Source: the human T2T-CHM13v2.0 reference genome, Homo sapiens. From it: a stretch of 64,000 nt of DNA. A model generated the notes under the pieces. It saw only the letters and a program-made list of their open reading frames with translations. It searched no databases and was not told the origin of the DNA. Position numbers and translations under genes: made by a program. The stretch is taken from the NCBI RefSeq assembly GCF_009914755.1, contig NC_060932.1; one strand, written 5' to 3'. Shown here one piece after another: positions 1 to 13,149 of the stretch (positions are counted from its first letter, which is position 1; each line of letters begins with the position of its first letter).

Positions 1-84
1 ATACAAATTGATAAAGCCATTTGGATATAGAATTCTTTGTTTCTTTCTGTGTGTTTTGGTAATTTGTTTTCAAAAAATATTTCA

Positions 85-550
85 CTTTTTAAAACTATTT
101 TTTATTGTGGTACATATAAAACATAACACCATTTTAACCACTTTAAGTGTACAGTTCACAGGCATTAATTACATTCACAATGTTATGCAACCATCACCAC
201 ATTTATTTCTCAAATTTTGCATTATCCTAAGCAACAATTTCCTATTTACTGCCCCTCTCCCCAGTCTCTGCCAGCCTCTAACTAGCTTTCTGTCTGTATG
301 AATTTGCTTACTTCCTGTAAGTGGAATCAAACAATATTTGCCCTTTTTACCTGGCTTATTTCATTCAGTATAAGGTTCATTCATGTATTAGAACTTTGTT
401 ATTTTTATGGTGAAATAATATTCCACAAAGCAAGATGTATATGACACATCTTGTTTATCTGTTGATCTACTGACGGAAGCTTAGGTTGTTTCCACCATTT
501 GGCTATTGTGAATAATGCTTCTATAAAACATTGGCAGACAAGTAACTGTT
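85..550 (-). mobile_element. L1MB/L1MA-type LINE 3' end nested in the older L1
   Basis: Typical antisense 3'UTR: 'aagtgtacagttc...ggcattaattacattcacaatgttatgcaaccatcacc', 'gtggaatca', 'ggttgtttccaccatttggctattgtgaataatgct'. Confidence 0.8.
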
Positions 551-720
551 TTATTTTATTTGTTATATTTGTTTGTATAAAATTGTTTATAATATTCCCT
601 CCTTATGTGACTTTTTTCTTTATTCTTTATCCTTCTAATTATATTAGATTTACTTGCTCTTTTTTTCCAACTGCTTAAAGTGAAAATTTACATCATTTAT
701 TCCAAAGTTTCTTCATTTCT

Positions 721-1796
721 TATTGGGGAACCTGCCCCAATAGTCACGTAGGTTCTTTTCTGTTTTCCTTAAGCATCGGCCGGCTTGCGAAATAAAGGGA
801 CAGAGTACAAAAGAGGGAAATTTTAAAGCTGGGCGTCCGGGGGAGACATCACATGTCGGTAGGTTCCGTGATGCCCCACAAGCCACAAAAACCAGCAAGT
901 TTTTATTAGGGAGTTTCAAAAGGGGAGGGAGTGTGCGAACAGGGCGTGGGTCACAGAGATCACGTACTTTACAAGGTAATAGAATATCACAAGGCAAATG
1001 GAGGCAGGGAAAGATCACAGGACCACAGGACTGGGGCAAAATTAAAATTGCTAATGAAGTTTTGGGCACCATTGTCATTGATAACATCTTATCAGGAGAC
1101 AGGGTTTTGAGAGCAACCAGTCTGACCAAAATTTATTAGGCGGGAATTGCCTCTTCCTAATAAGCCTGGGAGCGATATGGGAGACTGGGGTCTATTTCAC
1201 CCCTACGGTCTACAGACCATAAAAGATGCGCACGCCCAGGGGGGCCATCTATAGACCTATACCCCCAGGCGCGTATTCTCTTTCCCAGGGATGTTCCTTG
1301 CTGAGAAAAAGAATTCAGCCATACTTCTCCCATTTGCTTTTGAAAGAAGAGAAATATGGCTCTGTTCCGCCCGGTTCACCAGCGGTGAGAGTTTAAGGTT
1401 ATCTCTCTTGTTCCCTAAACATTGCTGTTATCCTGTTCTTTTTTCAAGGTGCCCAGATTTCATATTGCTCAAACACACATGCTCTACAATTTGTGCAGTT
1501 AATGCAATTATCACAGGGTTCTGAGGTGACATACATCCTCCTCGGCTTAGGAGATGATAGGATTAAGAGATTAAAGACAGGTTTAGGAAATCACAAGGGT
1601 ATTGATTGGGGAAGTGATAAGTGTCCATGAAATCTTTACAATTTATGTTTAGAGATTGCAGTAAAGACAGGCATGAGAAATTATAAAAGTATTAATTTGG
1701 GGAACTAATAAATGTCCATGAAATCTTCACAATCCATGTTCTTCTGCCATGGCTTCAATTGGTCCCTCCGTTTGGGGTCCCTGACTTCCCGCAACA
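721..1796 (-). mobile_element. MER11 solo LTR (HERV-K11/HML-8), ~1076 bp, MER11B/C-like
   Basis: Reverse complement begins TGTTGCGGGAAGTCAGGGACCCCAAACGGAGGGACC and ends GGGGCAGGTTCCCCAATA, matching MER11 termini; CpG-rich relative to flanks. Confidence 0.92.
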
Positions 1797-2614
1797 TCTT
1801 CTAACGTACACAACTAAAGCTATAAAGTTCTCTAATCACTGTTTAGCTATATCTCACAAATTATGCTGCTTTGATTACATTTTACTTCAAGTATTTTCCA
1901 ATTTCTTTGTGATTTCTTTTGAATAGGTTTTATTTAGAAGTATTTAATTTCCTAATATCTTTATTTTGTTTTGATTTCTAATTTTGTACTATTGTTACTA
2001 GATTACATATTTGTAAGATTTCAATCCCTTCAAATATACAGATGTAATTTTATAGCCTTTGTATGTTCTTTCTTGATGAATGTTCCAAGAGCACTTAAAA
2101 AAATGAATTCTGCCCTAGACAAAATGTTTGTATAAATGTCAATTAGGTCAAATTGGTTGACAGTGATATCTGGTCTTGTAGATCCTCAATGATATTTCTG
2201 TCTACTTTTTTTTATCAGTTAATAAGACAGGAGTGTTAAAGCTTACCACTGTAAGTGTGTATATTTGTCTATTTCTCCTTTTTGTTGCCAATTTTTGAAC
2301 ATTTAATTTGAAGTTTTGTTATTAGGTGCATACATTTTTACCATTATTTTTCTTTATTATTAAAAAACTAAACTTTTATCATTATGTTATATCCATCATT
2401 TCCCTGGTGCTATTCTTTTTGCTGAACTCCACTTTGGTATTAACACAGGCATTTCCACTTTTGTAGAATTAGTGCTTGCATGGTATATCTTTTCTATACT
2501 TTTGCTTTTAAACTTTATATGTCTGTATACTAAAAGTGTTTTTCTTGCATGATACGTAGTTTAGACTTGGTTTTTCCCCAGCGTGGTAACCTCTGCCTTT
2601 TACTTCAAGTGTTC

Positions 2615-2780
2615 AGAATATTGTCCAATAGATCTTTCTATGATAATATAATTGTTCTATATCTTCACTGTCTTAAACCACAGCCATAAGCCACATGCAT
2701 CTATTGAGCACTTGAAATGTGGTTTGAGCAACTTAGAAACGGATGTTTTGTATAATTTAACTTTAATTAACTTAAACAGC
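2615..2780 (+). mobile_element. MER3 (hAT-Charlie MITE) fragment
   Basis: 'tgtccaatagatctttct...gttctatatct...agccacatgcatctattgagcacttgaaatgtgg'. Confidence 0.75.
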
Positions 2781-3725
2781 TTGTATATTTAACATAATTA
2801 TTGGTATGGTAGAATTCAAATCTACCATCTTGCTATTTATTTCTGTCCAATGTCTTCTTTGTTTCTCCTTCTATCTTATAAATGCATGATTATTTTTAGT
2901 ATCCCTTTTCATCTACTCTGTTGCCTTGTAACGATGTCTTTTGTGTTGTATGTTTGCAGTGGTAATACTATAGTTAAAAACAGTACCTTTAACATAGTAA
3001 GCAATCTGTAAATAATGTGATACCTTCTCATGTATTTACCTGCCAATTTAGTTTCGTTATCTCATATTATGCCTGCCTTTCTGTATGCATTTTACTTCTA
3101 CGTGTATTATAAACCACACAATTTATTGTTGTTATTTTAAAACTCTAAATTATATTTTATTTTTTAAAGTGAAAATATTTATGATTATCTACATATTTAC
3201 CAGTTTTGGTGCTCCTAATTAGTTGTGTATATCCAAAATGTCTTATTTTTATTCAGCCTCAATAACTTGCTTCAGCAGATATTGTAATGCAATTCCACTC
3301 AGTGTAAATTTATCCAGGTTTTATTTCATTCATTGTCTGAAGATGTCTTTATTTTGCCTTTATTGTTGAAGGATGTTTTTTGCTGGACATAGAACTCTAG
3401 GCTGACAATTATTTAAAAAATTTGTTTAAAATGTAAAAGTTTTTTTAATACCATTTCATTGTTTCCTGGTTTTTGTTTGTTTGCTTGTTTTTTGTTTTTG
3501 CATTGATTAAGAGTCTGGGATCAAGTCTTATTTTTGTCCCTTTGTGGTTGCATTTAAGGTTGTAGTTGTATCAAATTTTGAAAGTATCAAGTCATTATTT
3601 CTTCAAATATTTTTCGCTTTCTTTCATTTTGGGGACTTTAATTAAACATTTGTTAGACTGTTTTATATTTTTCAATAGGTGTTTGCAGTCTTGTTTAGTT
3701 TTTAAAGTGGTTTTTATCCCTGTGT

Positions 3726-3757
3726 ATCTCTCTCTCTCTGTCTCTCTCTCTCTCTCT
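3726..3757. repeat. (CT)n microsatellite
   Basis: Directly visible, one interruption. Confidence 0.9.
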
Positions 3758-4329
3758 ACCTACCCACCTATCTATTTATGTCCACTTGTTTAATTTTTGC
3801 TATGTCTTCAAGTTTATCAAACATTTTTATCAGTATCTAATAACCTGTTAAGCATATTGAGGATTTTTCAATTTCCTTATTATATTTTTCTTGTTTATAA
3901 GTAATATTTTATTCATATTCATAAATTCTGCCTGTCTTGTTTTTTTGGCTAAAATATTTTTTGTTTGTAATTCCTATGTTAGAGTCCTTTTCACTTGATT
4001 CTGTCTTCTCTATCATATTTGGTTATTTCTATAGTCTTATATTTCTTCTACCTATAGATAATACTTTCGTGTTTTTCAAATTCTAATGCATTTTAATTGG
4101 ATTCTGGTTAGTTTGTCTATCACATTTTTGACTAAGTGGTTTTACCTTTCTTTAAAAAATTTTGAAGTTTATTTTGATAGTCAAATTATTTTTAGAGCAG
4201 CTTAGTCCTTTAGGAGCTTCTTTTTAAAACTTTTAAGGGTTATTAAGGACTAGGTATATTCTAAATATAGATTAATCTCATTGCTGAGGCATCGTGCTCC
4301 TGGTTTTTCTACTGAATGCCTTGAGTGTC

Positions 4330-4394
4330 CATCTCCATTTCTAGCAGGTTGTAACCTGAACATCTCCATTATAGCAGGTTGTAACCTGAACATC
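4330..4394. repeat. Tandem duplication, 2 x ~30 bp
   Basis: catctccatt(tc/a)tagcaggttgtaacctgaa repeated twice. Confidence 0.9.
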
Positions 4395-7165
4395 CTCTAG
4401 CTGTGGGTGAGCTCTGGTAATTGTTTCGCTGTAACACAGAATATGTCTTTTCCTGGCTGCAAGGTATTTACTCTATATGTGAAGAAATTAATGATCAGCA
4501 ATAAACTTAAGTGGCACTCTACGCAGATTTTTGGATGTCTTTCTCAGCATAATTGCCTTCTCTCCAATACTCTGCCCTAAAACAGTCAGCTCCAGGCCCC
4601 ATCAAAATGCAACTTTTGTCTCCATAATTCAGCAAAACTTTCATGGTCTACTCTATACTCTGATGCTAAAAGTACCTCTACATAAAACCTCAGGTGATTT
4701 ATAAACTTCTTAGTTTTCTTTAATTTTCTCAGTGATTATAGTCCTGCACTGCCTGTTGTCTAATGTATAAAATCAACTGTTTCTTACATTGTTTCAAATG
4801 GTTTTACTACTTGTTTATACTAAGGGGTAAAGTTTGATACCAGTTATTCCAATAGGCTGCCTGTGATTTTACAGCTTTTCTTGCATATTCTCATTATAAA
4901 AATTTTAGAAGAGCAGCCTCCTTAATCTTTTTGTCTCCTACTGGAAGTAGAAATCAGTACTACTACTATTTATTAAACTCTCAAAAATATAAAGGTTTCC
5001 ATCATATTATAAGTTTTATTCCAGTTGGGATTGTACCACTCTGCTGTAAGAGTGGGTAGTGGTTAGCTTGCATGTCTCTCACTGAAAGCTATTTAATTCT
5101 CCAGTTCCATGTGTACCAAACCATCACATGAAACTTAGGGGATTCTATAGTGGTTGGTATTGAGCCTTGATCAAATACAAAACACTGTGGAGATAAGACT
5201 GCCAAGAAAGTCTAAAACACATGCAGTCTTCTAAGTAGCAATAGCAAAGAACATAATAGTCATTCTTTCATAGTTTTATTGCTGCATTTGTCATGTTGAG
5301 ACATAATCTAATCTTTGGAGTCAATATTCAGTTAGGCTATTCCCCATGAAAAGATCAGAGATAGAATAACACAATATAATGTGCAGTATTACAAGGAATA
5401 AAAAATTATCCCACTGTAACATATCTTTCCTAGGCTATTTTGAAGTGTATGCCCTCAATTTACATCAGTGTCACGGAATGTATTCTAGGGGATAATTCTT
5501 TCTTCTTACTTAGAAGTAGTTCACTAAAGTAATTCTATAGTAACGCATACTTTTTTAATTTAAGACCCTCAAAATGATTTAAGAGGACTTTGACTGAGTT
5601 TTCCTTTATTAAAAAAGCAATACTGAGTTGGGAAATTAAATAAAATATGTAGAGGGACATTTATTCAGTAGTTTGTGATTATTTCAGACTTGCAAATAAC
5701 CATCAAAATGGTCTAGCTTTTCTGAGTATCTTTGTAACACAGAGATCACTTTTGTGCATTCGTGTGGATGATTTTGAGCAATTTGCCTACCTTCTAAGAA
5801 AGAACAATTGATAAAGAGAAAATAAGGAGTAATTATTAAAATAGAGGTTTTAAGGGAACCAATTGAGGTAAGGTAGCTAGTTGGTTCTAAAATATTTTAT
5901 ATTGCTTAATTTCTTCTTCTTGCATAACAACTCTCATATATCCAATACCTTAAAGCAAGTTAACTGTATTTTAGTTATACTTTGGTTGGATGAGCATAGT
6001 TCTAAGGACAAGTTAATTAACTCATTTTTATAAGCCTTTCTTTCTGTTGTTCTCAGAGGACCTCAAAAAGATAATTAAGCATTCTCTAAGGCATTTTTAC
6101 TGTCTTTGTTACCATTGATTGCTAACAAGGCAGCAGAAAAAAATTCCCCTTTTTGTAGGTTAACAGAGTAGTTTTTCAAAGGCTTTGTTATGTTTGAGTA
6201 TGATAATATCAATTACTACAGGAATGATGCTTTTCAGACCAAAGCAGAAGGTAGAGAAAACACAGAGATGTCATTTATTTCATTTTGCTATCGTTCAATC
6301 TATCTGTCAATAGGCCTATATACATGAAATTAAGCATTTTCTTACCATTCACATTTCAGAATTCACAAGTTCAAATGCCATGCTTCTTTACTCTAAGTTT
6401 TATGTCTCAATCAATTTAGCACAAATCAGTTCAATATAACCCCAGGCATATAAAATATGGTTGTCACAGGTTAAAAAAAATTATTTTAAATTATATGTAA
6501 GCTATATTTAACTGCAAGAACAGACTGTTTGATGCATTTATGTCCATTCATAATTCTGTTTCAAGTGGTTATACTAATAAATTTTATAAAAATGTTGGCT
6601 TATTCAGAAAAAAACTTTTCATAATTGGTAACTCTAAAAACATTTAGAGAAAGTAGAATGTGTTCCTTTGATCTACACCCAAATCAAATGAAGGACAGAC
6701 ATTTCCATTCCTGATTTTTAAAATTTAAACTGGAAATCCATATACTTGTACACAGAATTCATTCATTTACCAGACAATTGTCTGGAGTAATCTGTCTCTC
6801 CCTGGGAAATTTTCATTAAGTGACAATTGGAAAAAATCTTTACCTCTGCCTTTGAAATCTATGCATAGGAAGTAGAAAACATTACTTCTAGCCTGGCATA
6901 GAAAAGCAAGGCAAACAACTAGACAGCCACTCCCCATAAGGTCAATGTAAGCTATATGCAATTGCAACAGTGGGTGAATCATCTGCTTCACACCTCATGC
7001 TTTTTGCTCAACTGCCCTTCCATTTGAAAGGCCCTTGTCAATCTATTGGCACTGCACCACACCTGCCTGGTAAGCACATTCATTATTCAAGACTGAGTTT
7101 AAGCTCACCTCGTTTATTATATCCCTACTGAACATTCTGTAATCTCAGTTCAATTGACAATTTTT

Positions 7166-7985
7166 CATGAACAGACACTTCTCAAAAGAAGACATTTATG
7201 CAGCGAAAAAACACATGAAAAAATGCTCACCATCACTGGCCATCAGAGAAATGCAAATCAAAACCACACTGAGATACCATCTCACACCAGTTAGAATGGC
7301 AATCATTAAAAAGTCAGGAAACAACAGGTGCTGGAGAGGATGTGGAGAAATAGGAATACTTTTACACTGTTGGTGGGACTGTAAACTAGTTCAACCATTG
7401 TGGAAGTCAGTGAGGTGATTCCTCAGGGATCGAGAACTAGAAATACCATTTGACCCAGCCATCCCATTACTGGGTATATACCCAAAGGACTACAAATCAT
7501 GCTGCTATAAAGACACATGCACACGTATGTTTATTGCGGCACTATTCACAATAGCAAAGACTTGGAACCAACCCAAATGTTCAACAATGATAGATTGGAT
7601 TAAGAAAATGTGGCACATATACACCACGGAATACTAGGCAGCCATAAAAAATGACGAGTTCATGTCCTTTGTAGGGACATGGATGAAATTGGAAATCATC
7701 ATTCTCAGTAAACTATCGCAAGAACAAAAAACCAAACACCACATATTCTCACTCATAGGTGGGAATTGAACAATGAGAACACATGGACACAGGAAGGGGA
7801 ACATCACACACCGGGGACTGTTGTGGGGTGGGGGGAGGGGGGAAGGATAGCATTAGGAGATATACCTAATGCTAAATGATGAGTTAATGGGTGCAGCACA
7901 CCAGCATGGCACATGTATACATATGTAACTAACCTGCACATTGTGCACATGCACCCTAAAACTTAAAGTATAATAAAAAAAAAAA
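7166..7985 (+). mobile_element. Young 5'-truncated L1 (L1PA2/L1PA3-like): ORF2 C-terminus, 3'UTR and poly(A)
   Basis: ORF 7167-7418 is the L1 ORF2p C-terminal region ([20 protein letters not shown]...HCWWDC); G-rich 3'UTR; 'ccagcatgg', 'gtaactaacc'; A tail. Confidence 0.95.
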
Positions 7986-8159
7986 CTTTTTGACCTGCGT
8001 ATATCTTTGACTAGTGACGTAAGTTCATTATTTTCTACTTATATAAATAAAAACTTCCTAGATAAATAATATAAAATTCCCACTCATCACCCCTTTTTTC
8101 TGTAGACATGTAACAGAGCAGAAGAGTAGACATTCTGGGACTAGAACAGCTTAGTTTTT

Positions 8160-8815
8160 TGATGTGTTTTTCTTCTAATTGTGGTAAGAACACTTAACAT
8201 GTGCTGTATCTTCTTAACATATTTTTACATGTACAATACAGTGTTAAATATATTCACAGTGCTATACAGAAGATTGATGGAATTTATTTATCTTTCATAA
8301 CTGAAACTTTATACTCATTAAATAGCAACTCCCCATTTTCCCCTCTCCCTAGCCCCTGACAACCACAAATCTACTCTCTGTTTCTAGGAGTTTATCTTTT
8401 TTTTTTTTAATATAAATGGAATCATACAGTATTTGTTCTTCGATTGATTTATTTCACTTTGCATAATGTTCTCCAGGTTCATACGTATTGTCACATGTGG
8501 CATGATTTCCCTCCTTTTTAGGCAGAATAATATTCCATTATAGTATGTAACACATTTTCTTTATTCATTTATCTGTTAATGGACATTTAAATTGTTTTTA
8601 TATATTGGCTATTGTAAAAAATGCTGTAATGAACATGAGAATGAATATATCTCTTTGAGATCATGATTTCAATTCTTTCAGATACATTTTCAGAAGCGGC
8701 ATTGCTGGATCATATGGTCATTTCATTTTTAATTTTTTGAGAAATCATTAAAATGTTTTCTATAGCAGCTGCACCATTTTACATTTCCACCAATAGTGTA
8801 AAAAGTTTTAATGTC
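8160..8815 (-). mobile_element. L1MA/L1MB 3' end
   Basis: 'ttgtggtaagaacacttaacatg', 'cataactgaaactttatactc', 'ggcattgctggatcatatggt'. Confidence 0.85.
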
Positions 8816-8817
8816 TG

Positions 8818-8965
8818 AACCGACTTTGTTCGAGTCTCAGCTTTATCACTTACTAGCTGCAAAACGTATAAGCTATAACGTAATTAACTTCACTCCATCT
8901 CATTTTCCCATTTGAAAACCGAGGGTAATAGTAGCTATGTTATAAGGTAATTGTAAACAATAAAT
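8818..8965 (+). mobile_element. MIR SINE fragment
   Basis: 'gttcgagtctcagctttatcacttactagctg...ctcattttcccatttgaaaa...taatagta' MIR core. Confidence 0.65.
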
Positions 8966-9293
8966 TGTATAAATATAAAACACATTGTACCATTCAACAT
9001 ATTAGCTATGAAACAGAGAAATTCAGAAGATCTACATCCACAGGCAAATTCAGAGAGGGAGAAAGACATCCACGAAGAGAAAGTCCTTTGGATGCTTTGG
9101 CAGTTGCCTCAAAAAATTAAATTCTATTTCAAAGCAGGTGGGGCAATGTTACCCAAACTGACCGCTTTTGCAAAGAGCAAAGACCTGGGGCATCGGACAT
9201 TTTCCTTGAACCACTGAAGCATAATGTATTTAATGTTAAGCTAAGTAATTGGTGTTTGAGAGGGTGCCAGGGAACAGATCCCTTTATACATAT

Positions 9294-9877
9294 TGTTAAA
9301 TTAACTTAAATTTGGCCCAAAGCTGCCTGTGTACATAACTGTACCCTAATTTAAGAGTATATTCTTGTAACAAAGAACCAAGGCTCAGCCAATCACAGTA
9401 GCCAAGCTTCAGTCAATCACATGCTGCCCACTGGTCAGACTGTGTCCACATACGGCAAATGCCTCATCATACCATTCCCCAGTGAGGCAAATGCTAATCA
9501 TGCTGTTTTTATATGTCACTTCCTTTTTCTGTCTATTAATAGTGCCTTGCCACATTGCTAGGTGGAGCTCTATGAGCATCTACTGATTCAGGATGCTGCC
9601 CAATTCATGAATCCTTTTATTGTTCAAATAAACTCTGTTAAAATTAATGTGTTTACAGGAAGGGGAACATCACACACTGGGGCCTGTTGTGGGGTGGGGG
9701 GAGGGGGGAGGGAAAGCATTAAGAGATATACCCAATGTAAATGATGAGTTAATGGGTGCAGCACACCAACATGGCACATTTATATATAGGTAACAAACTT
9801 GCATGTTGTGCACATGTACCCTAGAACTTAAAGTGTAATAAAACGAAATTAATGTGTTTAAAGTTTATCTTTTAGCA
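9294..9877 (+). mobile_element. MER57-like ERV1 solo LTR, split by an L1PA fragment
   Basis: Starts TGTTAAATTAACTTAAATTTGGCCCAAAGCTGCCT; CCAAT boxes; 'aataaactctgttaaaatt...aagtttatcttttagca' end resumes after the L1. Confidence 0.7.
9656..9845 (+). mobile_element. Very short L1PA (L1PA4-6-like) 3' terminal fragment
   Basis: L1 3'UTR end flanked by a perfect 15-bp TSD aaattaatgtgttta (9641-9655 / 9846-9860). Confidence 0.93.
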
Positions 9878-9879
9878 AC

Positions 9880-10450
9880 ACTAATAGGAGTAGAAATTGG
9901 TAAATATTTTGCATGCAAGTATGGCAATATGTGTATCCTTGAATACATAACATTTTTGAATGTCACAAATATCACTTAAGATTTGTATACATTTTACTAA
10001 GAAATTATGCTTTCAGAACTATTTTGCAATAAAATAATCAGTTGTATATGCAGATATATATAGAATACCAGAGTTTTATGTGTAAAGAAGTAAAACTGTA
10101 GATACGATCAATGATAGAGTTAATATGTAATTTTCCCAACAACTAGGTTATTTTTTTAATAGATGAGAATATTACATAATCAATAAAGTTATATCACAGA
10201 ATAATTTATAATACCATAGAAGGATGTTCATAAAATATTACAGTAGTCATATTTTATATTTATTTTATATCCACGAAGTAGAGAAGATCTTAAATTTAAT
10301 CTACTTATTTATAAGTTTACACATACACATGCACACACGTCTCAAATAGGTCTGAACAGATCTGTACTAAAAACCACTATTGACAATGGTTATTAGTGGA
10401 TAGTGTCATTATGTTTATCTATATTTTCTCAAATTTTTACAATAAATTTT
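9880..10450 (+). mobile_element. Highly diverged L1ME-type 3' fragment (host of MER57)
   Basis: 'tagaaattggta...tatggcaatat', 'attgacaatggttattagtggatagtg' resemble L1ME 3' end; similar piece at ~9250-9293. Confidence 0.45.
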
Positions 10451-11299
10451 TTTGACTTTTTTGAGGGAAAAAACACTTGGTATGTGACCAGTGCTTCCTT
10501 TCTTTTCAGTAATGCTGCATATGTCAGGATCCTAATACTTTTAAAGAGGCTCACATTATTTATCCTCAATCTTCATTAGGGCAGTGATCCTGGCACCGCC
10601 AAGGAGAAAATTTAACCCTTCTGTGCAACTTTTTTATATAAACCCTTTGTGTGGTAAAAGTCAAGGATCCTGAGGGAGGTGGTCTTGCAAGAATAGTCAC
10701 CTGTCCTTTTGCAAATACTGCTCTGGCTAAGTGGATGCCAGGTCAATTTGCACAGGCACAAACAAATTGACAATGGCCTTCATAATTCCAGAGAGCTGGA
10801 ACAAAGGTATAATTTGAAACAAAGATGATCTTTGGCCACCTGGATGCTTTGTGTTATGACCTTTAACCCTCTGTGATAAGTTTGCTAGCCATTCAGGCAA
10901 GGAGAATGAACATGCTAAGTGGATCATGTGCCATGTGTTAATGATCATATGTACAGCCAAATATGGATTGCTTTAAAATTATTGAATTCTGAATAGAAAC
11001 AAAAGAGGATATCAGCATTTTTTTTCTTGTGTAGGAAGGGAAACTTCCTGCTCTAAAGTCTCCCATGTATCACTACAGATAAATAAAACCCAACATATTC
11101 ACCTGAGGATGTAATAAAATTTGCCCTTTGATGTTTATCCTATAGTTTCTAATTCTGTAGAACAAAGAAAAATCACTGAACAAAGTAACATTATGGCAGA
11201 TTTTATTAAAAATTTCACTGTAAATTATATTAATTATAATATAGAAATACAAGTGATGAATACACTTTTTTGCTTCTCCTTTAGTCAGGTGCTTTATAA

Positions 11300-11750
11300 G
11301 ATATTCATTCATTCATCCTATGGGCATATATTGAGTATCTACTAAGGTGGTGCCATTATCAACACAGAAGTGACCCTTGCTCTCAAAATCAGACTAATGA
11401 TGGGGAGAAAAATTAAACAATAATCATCCTTAATTAATTCCCATTGTGGTCAAAGATGTAAAGGATGAGTTCAAGAGATAAGGGAAGACTTTGCTGAAGA
11501 AGTAATACTAAAACTGCAAACTATAGGATACCGGGTGAAGTGGTTGATGAAGAACAGAAGAACATTCTAGGTAACAAATACAGCACATGGTGCATTGGAA
11601 GCCAGGTATTATTTCCAGTTTACAGGGAAACAAAAAACAACAGAAAAACTTGAAGATTTAAGTAGAACACCTAAGTAAGTCCATAACATGCAAATGGGAA
11701 AGCCAGAATTTAAACGTGGATCTACTTGACATCAAAATTCTTTTTTAAAA
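11300..11750. mobile_element. L2 3' fragment followed by MIR fragment
   Basis: 'attcattcattcatc...atattgagtatctacta', 'ccttgctctcaa', 'agccagaatttaaacgtggatct'. Confidence 0.55.
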
Positions 11751-12061
11751 CTTCTCTGCAATAATATATTTGCTTTGATCTGAAAAAGAAAGATTCCTGA
11801 ATATCTCTTTTCAGTTCTTTTCACTCAATTAGTGCCTTAAATACTGTTTTTTAAATATATGCAGGGCTCTTTTTCTTTTATTTTCTTTATCTTTAATTTA
11901 GTGGTTGTTTAAAAACTGGGATAATATGAATGCTTTATTGTTTAAACTTTTAACCCAAAAGATACATATTTAGATGTCAATATAGGAAAACTACATCGCC
12001 AAAAGCTACCCAAACATTGTAGAAATTGAAATAATTTTTTCACAAGATTTAACTATGTCTA

Positions 12062-12232
<171 letters not shown>

Positions 12233-12544
12233 TCAGTAATCAGGGAGACATATGTTCTATATTACGGAAATATTTAATGCAAATAGTCTTAGGTGGAAGA
12301 CACAGGTTTTTTTCAGAAATCATTTTTCAGTCCAAGGTTTCATTATATTGGCTCTTGACAAAACATTAAAATAAGACTCAAAAAACATGTTTATGTATTT
12401 TTCATCAAAGACAGTCTCCCCCAAAACCAAGGCTTATTAATAAATGTGACATCAGATTATATGTTCTTGATTATAATTTCACAGCATTCTATTCATCTAT
12501 ATAAGTATTACTAAAACCATTCTCAGTAATTATCTAAAAATTCC

Positions 12545-13138
<594 letters not shown>

Positions 13139-13149
13139 TAAAATTCTCT

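Larger units (their letters stand above)
1..4860 (-). mobile_element. Ancient, highly diverged L1M-type LINE (ORF2 5' part, ORF1, 5' region), interrupted by an L1 3' fragment, MER11 and MER3
   Basis: T-rich antisense L1 motifs, e.g. 'tttgctggacatagaactctaggctgaca' (~3379) and 'ttgttattaggtgcatacattt' (~2316); no ORF. Confidence 0.7.

Noticed and set aside
713-1524. ORFs of 138, 68 and 77 aa
   Set aside because: Essentially all within the MER11 LTR; chance frames
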